Shown here piece after piece: positions 39,876-51,347 of a DNA stretch of 64,000 nucleotides. The DNA lies in contig MU058198.1 of NCBI GenBank assembly GCA_013265495.1, positions 3,112,419 to 3,176,418 on the forward strand, read 5' to 3'. Under the pieces are notes generated by a model. It was not told the DNA's origin and ran no database searches. It saw only the letters and a list, made by a program, of their open reading frames with translations. Source of the stretch: Vicugna vicugna (lineage: Eukaryota). Position 1 is the first letter of the stretch. Each line of letters begins with the position of its first letter. The position numbers and the translations under genes are program-made.

Positions 39876-40796
39876 GCTCCTTTGTAAATTTTAGCTTTCT
39901 CCCAAGATTTTAAAAAGTAGGCAATGTCACATAAAACTTCATTATTTCTGGGTCCTCTGGAGAAAAGAGGATCAGAAAAGCTGACAGCTCTGGCCTCATC
40001 ATTCAGCTGCCCCCTGGGATGGGGCAGGCCCCCTGGGATGACACAGTCCCCACCTGGCCCAGCCCTCACTCCTAAAGAGCAGCGTAATATAAAAGTTAAT
40101 GACACAGACTCCACGCCAGCTTCTGCCACCCAGCTCTGGCACGGATTAGCTGTGTGGTCTAAAGCAAATGATTTAACGTTTTTGTGTTTGGGTTTCCTTG
40201 TATGGAAAATGGGGATAATAAGTAGCACTTGCTTCAAAGGGTTATTTCAGGCATTAAATGAACCAACAAACCTAAACCTCTCACAGCAGCGCCTGGTGCA
40301 TGGACTATACAAAGTGTTGATGGTGCTGTTGCTGATGGTGTATAAGCTGCCGGGTCCTGGTAACTGCAATTTATATTCCAAATTGTACTCCATATAAAAT
40401 GCTGCGGAAACACAAGTGAAGGAGGAAAGAAGGAAGGAAAATAACACTTTGAGCACCTTCTTAAGAGAAGATGCTGCAATCCTGGATGTTTTTTCTGCCT
40501 GAGGGCAGGAAGAGGGCAACATTGCAAGGAAAGTGACAAAAAGGAGGGGACTTCTAAGGTGGGTTTTGAAGGATGAATAGGAGTTTCTCTGGAGCAATAG
40601 AGTAAGAAAGACATGTCGACACAGAGGAAACAGCCTTTCCAAAGGCCTGGGGGGGCATGACCAGATGAAACAGTGGTCAAATGTGACTTCAGGTAAAGTG
40701 TCGCAGGGTGTGGGGAGAGGCAGGAAGACTGGGGAGCCAGAAAAGGACCTTGAGATCATGATGGGACTTGTGGCAGGAAAGGGGATGAACGTAGTT

Positions 40797-40923
40797 CTTT
40801 TTTTTTTGAGGGGATGGTAATTGGGTTTATTTGTTTAGTTTTTAATGGAGGTACTAGTATATGGAATCCAGGATTTCGTGCATGCTGAGCACACACTCTA
40901 CCACTGAGCTATACCCTCCCCCC
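40797..40923 (-). mobile_element. tRNA-derived SINE (Vic-1-like)
   Basis: T-tract, ggtaattgggtttattt, ctctaccactgagctataccctcccc. Confidence 0.9.
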
Positions 40924-41369
40924 ATTTCTTGTGTATCTACTGTGTACAGATGCTCTTATAATCACCACCCTTCTCATCCTCATAATGCCCTGGGAATCAG
41001 GTTTTTGGTCCCCCACTTACTGATGAGTTAGACGCTCAGGAAGGGTAAGCCACTTGCTCAAAAGCTCACACAGTATGTCAATGGCAGAACTGGAATCAGA
41101 CCCCCAGATCTGTCTGATTCTGAAGCCTGTGCACCCTCTCTGAGCCTCAGTTTTCTTGCTGTAAAGTGGAGATAGTATTAGAAGAACCTACTGCGTGGGC
41201 TTGGCATGAGGACGAGATGAGAGTGAACACACGGCCCTCCGCACGGTACCCAGCAAAGAGCGGTAGCTGTTGTTTTGATTGAATGAGACCTGTGTTCCTC
41301 CAGGCCTCTCACCCTAACTCACACCACTGCCCAGCCTGAGATGGGGGTCCCCAGGCAGTGACTGTCCTG

Positions 41370-41520
41370 GGCCAGTGGGTCTCAAGGTGTGGTCCCTGAA
41401 AGCATCACCCAGAGCCTTTTTCAAAATACAGATTCTCAGACCCTACCCAGACCTACTGAATCAGGGGGTGAGCCCAGCAACTTGGAATTTAACAAGCCCC
41501 CCAGGGCAGAATCACTGGCC
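41370..41520. mobile_element. MER5A-like hAT MITE
   Basis: cagtgggtctcaaggtgtggtccc...cagattctcagaccctacccagacctactgaatcag. Confidence 0.8.
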
Positions 41521-42169
41521 TAGAGGAAAATATCAAATGAAATCCTCTCTGGCCACTTGAGTCTATCTCCCACTAGAGGAGTGGGTGCATGGTGAGAATT
41601 CTGTCCTCCCGAAGGCCAAAGCTGGAGGAGATGTCCTAAGACAAACGTACGTTCCCCTCCGCACAGGAGGCTGGAAAGAACCGCTTCTTTACTGATAGGA
41701 AAGTGCCCAGGGGGCCTAGTGGGGCTTTTATTCTTTAGAACTGGCTCTCCTTCCTAGGTTCGCTGCCTCCAGTGGGCCCACCTTGATGACCTGGTGCAAG
41801 ATTTGTCTTTCAGAAGGAGCTGTTTCCTAGTAAGGGTGCCCCAGGCGACGAGGACGTGTCCCCACCTCCTGATAAAAGCCTATGATTCGGGACTCTGTGC
41901 CTGGGGGCCCTTGTGGACAGGCTTTGAGAACACGTGAGCAGTAGAAAAATGATCCCAACTCCGCAGCGAGGAACGTTAAGGAGGCCCCAGGTGAAGTGAT
42001 AAGGCGGTAAGTGCAGCCTGGGGACGGTGATATCTTGCAGACGACCTCCAGGTGAGAAGCAGGCCCCACTCCGCGCATCTTCTTCAAAGCGCTGATGAGG
42101 AATGGGGCAGTGGAACAGTGGAAGCTCCTGAGTGGAAGCGTGGGCCTTGCTTCAAAGATAAGAGTTGCT

Positions 42170-42452
42170 GGGCGGGGGGCTGGATATAGCTCGGTGGTAG
42201 AGAGCATGCTTAGCATGGGTCCTGGGTTCAACTCCAAGTCCCTCTATTAAAAATATAATAAAAATAATTTTTTTAATTAAAAAAATGATAATAGTTGCTA
42301 AGTCTGGGGAAAGGTATAGCTCAGTGGTAGAGTGTGTGCTTAGCATGCACGAGGTCCTGGGTTCAATCCCCAGTACCTCCATTTAAAATAAATAAATAAA
42401 TCTAATTACCCACCCCCACAAACAAACAAACAAAAAAAAACTGGAAAAAAAA
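42170..42452 (+). mobile_element. Two adjacent tRNA-derived SINEs
   Basis: Two A-box/B-box heads (~42170-42280 and ~42307-42452), each with an A-rich tail. Confidence 0.9.
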
Positions 42453-42894
42453 GGTTCTAAATCTGTCTACCTAAAAATTAATATTTTCTGCGTGACCAAA
42501 ACAAACAAAACTCTGTAAGCCCAGGCATGTCAAACAAGTAAACGTATTTGCCATTTTTATGACAAAGAGAGCTGTTGTGAATTAAAGACCAACTACCTGA
42601 TCCGAAAAAAAAAAAAGAAAAAAGAAAGCAAAGGGCATAATTCAGCTATTTACATAAAAAGGAATACAAATTGAAATTCGAACACATAAAAAGATGCTCA
42701 CCTTTTTTTTATCTGTTTGGAAACAGAAATGCACAACAAAACCACACTGATTCTGTTTTCTACCTGCCAGATCTCTGGGTAACACTCAGGCTGGTGGAGA
42801 AACCAGGACTCTCAATTCCACTGATGGGAGCTCGAATCCGGGCAGCCTCAGGGGGAGTTAAGAAAACTCAATATTTAAGATGCCTGTACAAAAG

Positions 42895-42985
42895 GAGGGG
42901 GTAGGTATAGCTCAGCGGTACAGCGTTTGCGTAGCGTGCACGAGGTCCTGGGTTCAATCCCCAGCACCTCCATTAAATAAATAGT
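42895..42985 (+). mobile_element. tRNA-derived SINE inside an old L1M fragment
   Basis: ggtatagctcagcggtacagcg...gaggtcctgggttcaatccccagcacctcc; flanked by taagatgcc repeats. Confidence 0.9.
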
Positions 42986-43669
42986 AAGATGCCCTAATAA
43001 GATGCCCATACCTTATGTCTCTGCCGCTCCACCTCTAGGAATTTATCCAGTGGATTTCCTACCACTGGGCACATCATGTTAGAACAAAGATAGTCAGCGT
43101 TGTGTGGGAGTAAATGATTTGGAAACTATCTAAACATCCATCAGAAGGGAACTGAGTCCTGTACGTGTCGAGACAGCCACACAAGAGAATATGATGCAGC
43201 CGTTCAAAACAAAGCAGTGGCTCCTCTAGAATAAGTGTGAAACCATCTCCCAGATGTATAATTAAAAGAAAAATGCAAGGTATGGAACAGTGTATATAAT
43301 ATTCTATACCACCTGTGTGTGTGTTTTTAAAAGGGACTCCATGTGTCCATATATGTATGTATTTGCACATGCAGGTTAAAATCTGGAGGACACCCTGGAA
43401 GCCGGTGGTACTGGTTGACTTTGGGGAGAGAAACTGATAGGTGAAAAGGAGACTTACTTTTCTTTTCATCCAAGTTGGTATTCTTGAGATGTTTCTTCCC
43501 TCGTACATTGTTGTAGTATTCTTAGAAAATCTAGCCACATGTATCTTCTTTCTCCTTATTTAAAACAAGCATGACACTGGAGATAAGGTTAATTCCCCTT
43601 TTGAATACTGCCCAAATTATATAATTTGCTTTCAATTAAAAAAGAATTAAGTATTTTAAGTAGGGCCTT

Positions 43670-43990
43670 TATCACAAAAGAACAAATATTGTATGATTCC
43701 ACTTACATGAGGTACCTAGGAAAGGCAAATTCAGAGAGACAGTGGAATAGAGGTTACCAGGGGCTGAGGGGGAGGGTGAATGGGGAGTTAGTGTTTAATG
43801 GGTTCAGAGTTGCATTCTGTTTGGGATGATGAAAAGCTTCTGAAGATGGATAGCGGTGACAGTTGCACAACAATGTGAAAGTACTTAATGTCACTGAAGG
43901 GTACACCTGAAAATGGTTAAAATGGTCAATTTTATGTTGTATGTTTTGCCACTGTGAAAAAATTCAGAGATGACTCAAAAAAAAAAAACT
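43670..43990 (+). mobile_element. L1MA/MB 3' end
   Basis: caaatattgtatgattccacttacatgaggtacctag...aaaatggttaaaatggtcaattttatg. Confidence 0.85.
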
Positions 43991-44454
43991 GTAGGGGCTT
44001 TGATATCAGATGGCTTGAGTTCTGGTCCTTGATGCCACCATTCCTTAGCTGTTGTGAACTTGATCAAGTGTGTGTACTTCTTTAAGCCTCAGTTTTCTCA
44101 CCTGCAAAGTGGGGCTGTCAGAGAGCGCCTGGTGCACAGGAATCCTGCAGGGATTAAATGACTTTATCCATACAAAGTGCTTGCTCTGCATCTCTGGAAC
44201 CATTGTAGGAAGTCAGGTTTAGGAGAATAGAAAGGCCATTGGACCAAATATTAAGACCAGCAGATTCGGGTGGAGTGAGTTTATACAGAGAGAGTTTATG
44301 CCAGCACCGTCTATATTTTTGTATCACTTTGTACTTGCAAAAAAAAATTTTTAATGCATTTCCATAATGTAAAATTCCAGAATGTAGAGTCAGACAAAAT
44401 CATCTTGGCTTGTGGGAATCTACCAAAGATGCAGCAATTCTTAACCTCCTAACC

Positions 44455-44660
44455 TACAAGAGATCCGAATCCTGGCTCTGCCACTGATTAGCTGTGTGAC
44501 CTTGAGCAAGTTACTTACCCTCTCTGTGCTTCGGTTTTCTCATCTGTAAACTGGAGGTGATAATAATTCTCACCTAATTAGGGATGTCATGAAGATTAAA
44601 GGTGTCAAGTGCTTAGAGCAGACCCTGCCCCACAGTAAGTCCTAAGTAAATGTTAAGAAA
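44455..44660 (+). mobile_element. MIR SINE (representative; further MIRs near 14.65, 25.5, 26.1, 26.4, 35.4, 40.2, 41.0, 47.0, 48.2, 49.2, 54.4, 54.9, 58.3 and 61.4 kb)
   Basis: MIR core: gaatcctggctctgccactgattagctgtgtgaccttgagcaagttacttaccctctctgtgcttcggttttctcatctgtaaa. Confidence 0.9.
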
Positions 44661-47600
44661 ATAAATAAACTTGAAATAAGCCTGAAAGTCTTAGCACTTT
44701 TGTTTTTAAAAAAGGGATTTATTTTTTACACTGAGGAAATGGAGTCCTAGCCAAGATATAGTCATGAGGCTGAGCTGAATCTGGAGGAGTTCCTTGGAAT
44801 GGGTTGGGGAGGCCAAGATAAGATAAGATAAGGGGAGCACAGGTGATGAGGGGTGGGGCAGTAAGAGGCTCCAAGGGGTTCAGGGATTTTCCCAGGGAGC
44901 CCCACAGTGATAACAACAGAACCCAGATTCAGCCTTAGCTTTCTCCTCCACAGTGCCTCCCTGCCAGGGAGAGTCTGGAAAATCAGAGGACTAGGGAGTT
45001 GGGGGCCCTATGACAAACACGGCCCTTTCCTTGCAGACCTCTGGGACAACCCAGGCAGCCTTGCTTCCTCCTGTTGTGTCGGGGAGCTCACTCCCAAGCC
45101 GAGGTCAGGAAGGAAGGCTAAGACCTGAGGAGCCTGGCACATCCTCCGTCAGGAGGGGCACTGAACCGGCTCTATTAAGCAGGAGCTGGATTGCAACCTC
45201 CCAGAACAAGCTGATTCCTGAAATTCCACTCTCACCTGGGTCTGTGTGTGGAGTTTGTTGATTTTCCTGGTTGATAGGACCCACCCCCCCCCCGACCCCA
45301 GGAGGGATCACCTTTGTCCTTTCTCAGTGGTTGGTTCCGCAGTGGGGAGTTGGACAGAGGCTTTGGTTGGTGAGAGAGACCACAAAGAACCTGCGGGGTC
45401 TGAGGCTGTGGACCTTAGAAGGACTGTTTTAGAGACCGAGGGGGATGTAAAACGCTTAGACGTGTGCTGGGCACATGTCAGTTCCTTCCCAATGGAAGGA
45501 GGGGCCAGTTACTGGGTCTGGGGAGTCCTGGGTTCCTGCAGGCTGCTTGGAGAGACCATTGCTGTCCTCAGAGTGTTACTGCCAAGGTTTAAGTGTTAAC
45601 ACCCGCTAGACTCCTTAATTCTCTTCTTTGGACACCCCATTTATGAACGGTTAAGAGTTTGGGGGTCAGACAGGCTGGCGCTGGAGCTCAGCTCTTTGTG
45701 ACCTTGCGCTTAGGTTAACCTCTAAGCCCCAGCCCTGGCCTGTGGATTAGGGGACAGTGGTACCTCCTGCAGGAGCGTTAAGTGAGCAAGCCCCTTAGCC
45801 CTGTGGCCGGCAGGTAATTGACACCCCTCCCCCATTCACCGGCCCCACCCACCCTTCTTTCTGCTCTGATTTACTCCAGATATGCTGCTTCAAGAAGGGA
45901 TGAGGGTGGGGCAGTGGGAGGATAGTCCTGGGCTGAACACACTGAAACACCTGTAGAATTCAGGGAAAGTTGAAAGATCAGAATCAGTCTGGGTGTGTGT
46001 GTCGAGGGAGGGGTGACAGTCAAGAGGAGGAGGGTGGACTGGTTGGTTGCAGCTTGCTGGCTGTTGGAGCAGGAGCCGGTCTGGTCCTCACCCCTCCCTG
46101 ACCCTTCTGCCATCAGCTGACAGTGGGTGGCAGCCTGGTCACGGGACGACCCGCCCATTGGGCAGATCTGCCCTGACCCCAGATGGCAGAACCTGGAGGA
46201 GCAAGGCGGGAGAAGCGGTGGTCAGACACATTTCCCAGCTTTGGGGAATATTTGGGGAGTGTTTCCTGCGGGCTTTAAACTTCTAGAGGGTCAGAGTTTG
46301 TCTGTTCTGTTCACTGCATCACTGCTGCAGCCCCAGCTCCCCTTAGACGCTCAGTGAATATTGGTTGAGTGAATGAATGACAGATGGGTAGGTAGATGGA
46401 TGGATAGATGGATGGATGAGTGCCAGCAGTGGGCGAGGCACTGGAGATACAGCGATGAACAAGCCATGTCTCCCAGCCCCCAGGAGATTCCTTGGCCCCT
46501 CCACCTCACCCCTTGACCCCTCTACATCCTCACCCCACCTCCTGAGCTCCCCCAGTGGCCCACCAATGTCTGGGCCTAAGTTAGGTGGGGCTGTGTTCCC
46601 GTTGGATCTTAGGATCTAGTTGACTAAAAACCCACCCTGCAACCCCTCGCTGCTGTCAGACAGCTCCGAAAAGCCTCTCGCTCACTCCAGCAGGTGTGGC
46701 CCCTCTGGGAACCATGTCGTTTTGCTTGCCTTGTGCACAGGGATGAACCGACTTCAGTTTCTCCCAACACAAGGTGTCGTTTGTCAGATAAATGTTGATG
46801 GGGTCCTTTTGGCTTTCTCCTCTACAGTAGTAATTACAAAATAGGCAGCATTTTTCAGTGTACAGTGCATGCCGGGCACATACGTTACTTCATGGAATTC
46901 GTTCAGCTACCATAAAAGTACAGACACGTTGCCTCACTTGATGCTTGGAGCAACCAAGCTTTCTTGCTGCACAATCTCACTGTATATTTCCAGCAGCCCA
47001 GTGAAACAGGTGATGTAACTGTCTGCATTTTGCAGATAAGAAAACAGGCTCAGAGAGGTTAAGTAACTTGCCCAAGGTCACACGGAGCTAGCAAATGGTG
47101 GAGCTAGGATTCAGCCTCAAGCAGTCTGACCACAGAGCTCACTTTTCTTCCCCCCCCCCCCGCCGCCTTTCCTTAGCTTCCAAATGTCATCTGAGAGGTG
47201 AGTGTGGAGGAGGAATGGAAATTTTTACTCTGTGACAATGGCTCTTGTAGCCCTTGCTTTACCAGCAGCCAAGTATAAGGTTTCAACTGTTCCCTCCTCG
47301 AGGAACGACCCTGGGTCACTGTGCAGGTGGAGGAGATCCTAATCTCCCTGACCCAGAGGGCAGGCCAGCACCCAGCTTGCAGGTGGCTGTGATTCTTACG
47401 GCAGCGGTCCCTGATTGGGCACCAGATTCTCAGCCTCCAAATCTTCCCGGAGGCCTGGGAGATTGCCCTCCCAGGGGCTTAGGAAGCCCACCGAGGCCAG
47501 GCTTCCTTCCCAGGGACTTGATTCCAAAGCCTGGGCCCATGGCCCAGAAAAGCCAAGCTGCATTTCACAGGTTGGCAGGAAATGGAGACTTAGCAGGAAA

Positions 47601-47856
47601 CAAGAGTGGCCAACAGAGAAAAATGTCACCCTTTTTTCCTTCTCTTGTCTCTGATTCATGCCTTTGAACCAGTGTTTGAAGAGGAGGGTGTTTATTTAAT
47701 AAACGGCAAAGCAGTGGTACACTCTCTGGAGGTCTAGGGCACAGGGACCCCCTGCTGACTCAATACCTATAGAGTGCTAACCACAGAGGATGCACATGAA
47801 CAGTGTTTCACCTGTGTTGCCTCATTTAGTCTGCACAATAACCCTGTCCAGTAGGT

Positions 47857-48010
47857 ACATCATGGTCATCACCACCATCGTCATCACTCCCCATCATCAT
47901 CACCGCCATCATCACCACCATCATCACTCCCCATCATCATCATCATCACCACCATCATCCCCATCATTACCATCATCTCCTTCACCATCACCACCAGCAG
48001 CAACATCATA
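47857..48010 (+). repeat. Imperfect (CAT/CAC)n trinucleotide repeat
   Basis: Read directly from the sequence; sits within MIR-like sequence. Confidence 0.9.
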
Positions 48011-48837
48011 GTTACCTACATGGCTTCCCAGACCCAAGGCCCAACCCGCAGACAGGGAAACAGACCTAGAGGACACGACACATTCATCGCCTAGAAAGAT
48101 GAGTTGGGCTCTAAAGTCTGAAAGACACAAATCTGATTCCTGGCTCTGATCCCTTCTGTCTGTGTGACTTTGGGCAAGTGACCTAACCTCTCTGAACCTC
48201 CAAGTCCTATCTGTAAAATGGGGATAATCATAATTCCCACCTCATAGGGTTGTGATGAGGGTCACACAAACTGGTGCATGTACAGTGCTGGTACAGGGCC
48301 TGGCTCAAGTCATAACAGCAAAACAAAACACCAGAAAACAGTCTGGCAAGGGCAGCAGTAGTTACGGGGGAGGTTGGGGCATTTGGCTGGGAGTTCCCAG
48401 CAACCCTGGATGGCAAGGGGCAGGTGTTGCCCAGCGTGAGAACGGGTGATGGAGGGCTAGCACAGGGCAGCTTGAGGGCAGGACTGGAGAGAACACTCAA
48501 GGGCCCTTCTTTCTATCCAAGGAGGCAGGGTGTGGAGGGAGAGAAGTGCTTTCACCTGGAGCAGGGTTGAGGGGTCAAAGCTCGAGCTGTGGTCCATCCA
48601 GTCCGAGAGAGATCGAGGATCAGGATCCTTTTCCAAGCTGGGTGGAGAAGGTCCCAGGAAGAGCCAGCCGCTCCCTGCTCCTGAGCCCAGACCCCCACCA
48701 TCCATGGTGGCATTGCCTTCTGGGCTCTCCTCCCTCTGTGTTAAATTGTTTCTGAACAGCAATAATGGTGGGCACCCATGGCCAATCCTATGCCAGGCAA
48801 CCCTGAGTATCTCGCCTCCAGCCTCCAGCTCGACAAG

Positions 48838-48930
48838 CCCAGGGGTGTCATTCACACAGAATACATCGTGAACAATGCTCCCTAGAGTTGTGCAGTGCAC
48901 AACCTGCACAGTCATACGGGGCTGCTCTGC
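48838..48930. mobile_element. MER91-like hAT MITE fragment
   Basis: ggggtgtcattcacacag...agttgtgcagtgcacaacctgcaca. Confidence 0.6.
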
Positions 48931-49661
48931 TAGCCTCCTTCTTCCCGGAGTGGGTACAGAATCCATCTTGGGTGCCTCAAGCCTGGCTGCAGCTCAAGGT
49001 GGAGAAGGTTGAGTGGTGTCTGGATGCCAATCAGGATGCAGAGAGCCCAGGTTTGCTACCCAAGACTGTCCTGGAGAAGGTTGTGTCTGGACATTGTATT
49101 GATTGGTGATGGTGATGGATTATTGAGAGGCAATATAGCAAAGTGGTTATGAGAGGATCCTCTGGAGTCAGGTATCTTCTACTCCTTTCACTCTGTGACT
49201 TTAAGAAAATCACCTGACCTCTCTGTGCCTCGGTTTGCTCATCTAAAAAATGGGTATATAATAATATACATGGGTATATTCGAGGCCTCCCTCAATTGGG
49301 GAATGAAAAGGAAAGAGAGGATGTAGGTAAAGCTCCAAGCACAGTGCACACCCCACAGTTAAACGGCCAGTACCCGTTAAAGGTCAACAGCATTGCCAGC
49401 CAGGGAGGTGGGGTTCGGAGTTGCCCACTGGAAGGCAGCTCCCTGAAATCCTGCCAGGGTGGTGAAGGATTCAGGGCTTAATCTGAAGTCTTTGGCCCAG
49501 AGCCAGACCAAGTCAATACTTGATCAGCCTTGTCAACATAACCTTTTCATAATCAAGTGCTGCTTTTCGGAGACTGTGTAGGAGAGATTGTGGAGATTGT
49601 GTGGGTAAATACCAGGAAGGAGAGAGCCTGCAGTCCGGGCCCTCAATTCATTCCTCCAGCC

Positions 49662-49991
49662 CAGGGATTAGCAAACTACGGCCTGAAGGCCAGTTATGAC
49701 CCACCACCTGTTTTTGTGCAACCCATGAGCTAAGAATGGTTTTGGTGTAGTTGAAAAAAAAAATTCAAGAGAAAAAGAAGGTTCTGTGACACGTACGAAT
49801 TTCACAAAGTTCAAAATTCAGTGCTTGTAATTACAGTATTATTGAAACACAGGCATGCTTGGTCATAAAGCATGACTAGCTGCTTTGACACTATGGTGGT
49901 GGCGTTGAGTAGCTGCGACAGAGATCCTATGACCCGAAAAGGCTGAACTATCACTGTCCGGCCCTCTACTGAGAACGTCTGCCGATCCCTG
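49662..49991. mobile_element. MER58-like hAT MITE
   Basis: Inverted ends cagggattagcaaac and gtctgccgatccctg; internal ccaccacctgtttttgt, tgagctaagaatggtttt. Confidence 0.8.
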
Positions 49992-50329
49992 CTCCAGCCA
50001 GCCCGTGGTTCCCAGACTGCTGCATGTTGGAATTACCTGGGGACACGCCAGACCAAGTAAATCAGACCGTCAGGGAGTGGGGCGGAAGCCAGGTACCAGT
50101 ATTTTAAAGGTCTGCAGGTGATTCCATTCTGCAGCCAGATTTGGGAACTTCTGTCCCAGCCCTTCTTGAGTCCCCACTGGGTGCTTCTAGCCATGCCTGG
50201 GAGGGCTGTCCCAAGCTCAGAAAGCTTGCCCAGAGGTGAGGCACCTTTGGGCCTGTATGCTGGTTCCCATAGGATCGACTTCGTGTGACCACACAGTCAT
50301 TTTTCTATTTCTTTATTTTAAAAACTTTT

Positions 50330-50346
50330 TTATGTTTGTATATATA

Positions 50347-50392
<46 letters not shown>

Positions 50393-50702
50393 ATTTTGAG
50401 TTATAGTCATTTTACAATGTGTCAAATTCCAGTGTAGAGCACAATTTTTCAGTTATATATGAACATATACATATTCATTGTCACATTTTTTTTCACTGTG
50501 AGCTACCACAAGATCTTGTATATATTTCCCTGTGCTATACAGTATAATCTTGTTTATCTATTCTGCATATGCCTGTCAGTATCTACAAATTTTGAACTCC
50601 TAGTCTATCCCTTCCCGCCCCCACCCTCGGCAACCACAAGTTTGTATTCTATGTCTATGAGTCTGCTTCTGTTTTATATTTATGGTTTTTTTTAGATTCC
50701 AC
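50330..50702 (-). mobile_element. Young L1 3' end with a (TA)n-expanded tail, nested in the tail of the 28S retrocopy
   Basis: ttccctgtgctatacagt, ggcaaccacaagtttgtattctatgtctatgagtctg, ttagattccac; (TA)n at ~50340-50388. Confidence 0.9.
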
Positions 50703-50743
50703 TATTTTTTTAATTTTTAAATTTTTATTTAAAAAATTTTTTC

Positions 50744-50818
50744 ACAAATCCTTGTGTCAAGGGCTGACTTTCAATAGATCGCAGTGAGGGAGCTCCTCCG
50801 CTACGTACAGAACCCCGA
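50744..50818 (-). pseudogene. Retrocopy of the 28S rRNA 3' terminus (~75 nt)
   Basis: acaaatccttgtgtcaagggctgactttcaatagatcgcagtgagggagct...ctacgtac..aaccccga is the reverse complement of the mammalian 28S 3' end (recalled as ...GCTCCCTCGCTGCGATCTATTGAAAGTCAGCCCTCGACACAAGGGTTTGT). It has an A-rich tail on the - strand and TSD agtcattttt. Confidence 0.9.
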
Positions 50819-50999
50819 AGTCATTTTTACTCTGGGTTTCCAGATTCTCTTGAAACACTGGAAGATCTGGCCATCCTGGATTCAACATTTCCAAATGGCA
50901 GGAATCAGCTGCATCTGACCTGGCTTCATTTTTTTTTTTTTTTAACATCACCTGCTTGGCGCCTAGAAGCATTTGAGTTTGAGACTCTTGCAAGGATCT

Positions 51000-51347
51000 C
51001 TAGGCCAGCGTGTCCTGTATGTTAACGTGTACACAAGTTGCTGGCATCTTGATAAGTGCAGATTCTGATTCAGTAAGTAAGTGGAGCCCGAATATTGTAT
51101 CTCTAAGAAGCTTCTAGACGATGCTGGTACTTGAAGAAGGCTGTAGACTGCAGGCCTTGGTTCTCAAACTCCAGTGTGGCCTGGAACGTCCTGCGGGGGT
51201 CTGTGAAAACCCAGATTGCTTGTTCAAACCGAGAGTTTCTGATACAGGAGGTCCTGGGGGGGAGCCTGAGGATCTGCCTCTGTAACATGTTCCTGGGTGA
51301 TGCTCCAGCAGCTGGCCTGGGGCCAGACTTCGAGAACCATTGCTCTA
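51000..51347. mobile_element. MER5-family MITEs
   Basis: tgcagattctgattcagta; tggttctcaaact...gagcctgaggatctgcctctgtaacatgttcctgggtgatgct...cttcgagaaccattg. Confidence 0.8.

Noticed and set aside
42307..42385. tRNA-like sequences with A and B boxes
   Set aside because: These are SINE heads with A-rich tails and TSDs, not tRNA genes.
47790..48130. Poly-His/Ser/Pro and poly-Asp/Gly ORFs
   Set aside because: Translations of a (CAT/CAC)n microsatellite.
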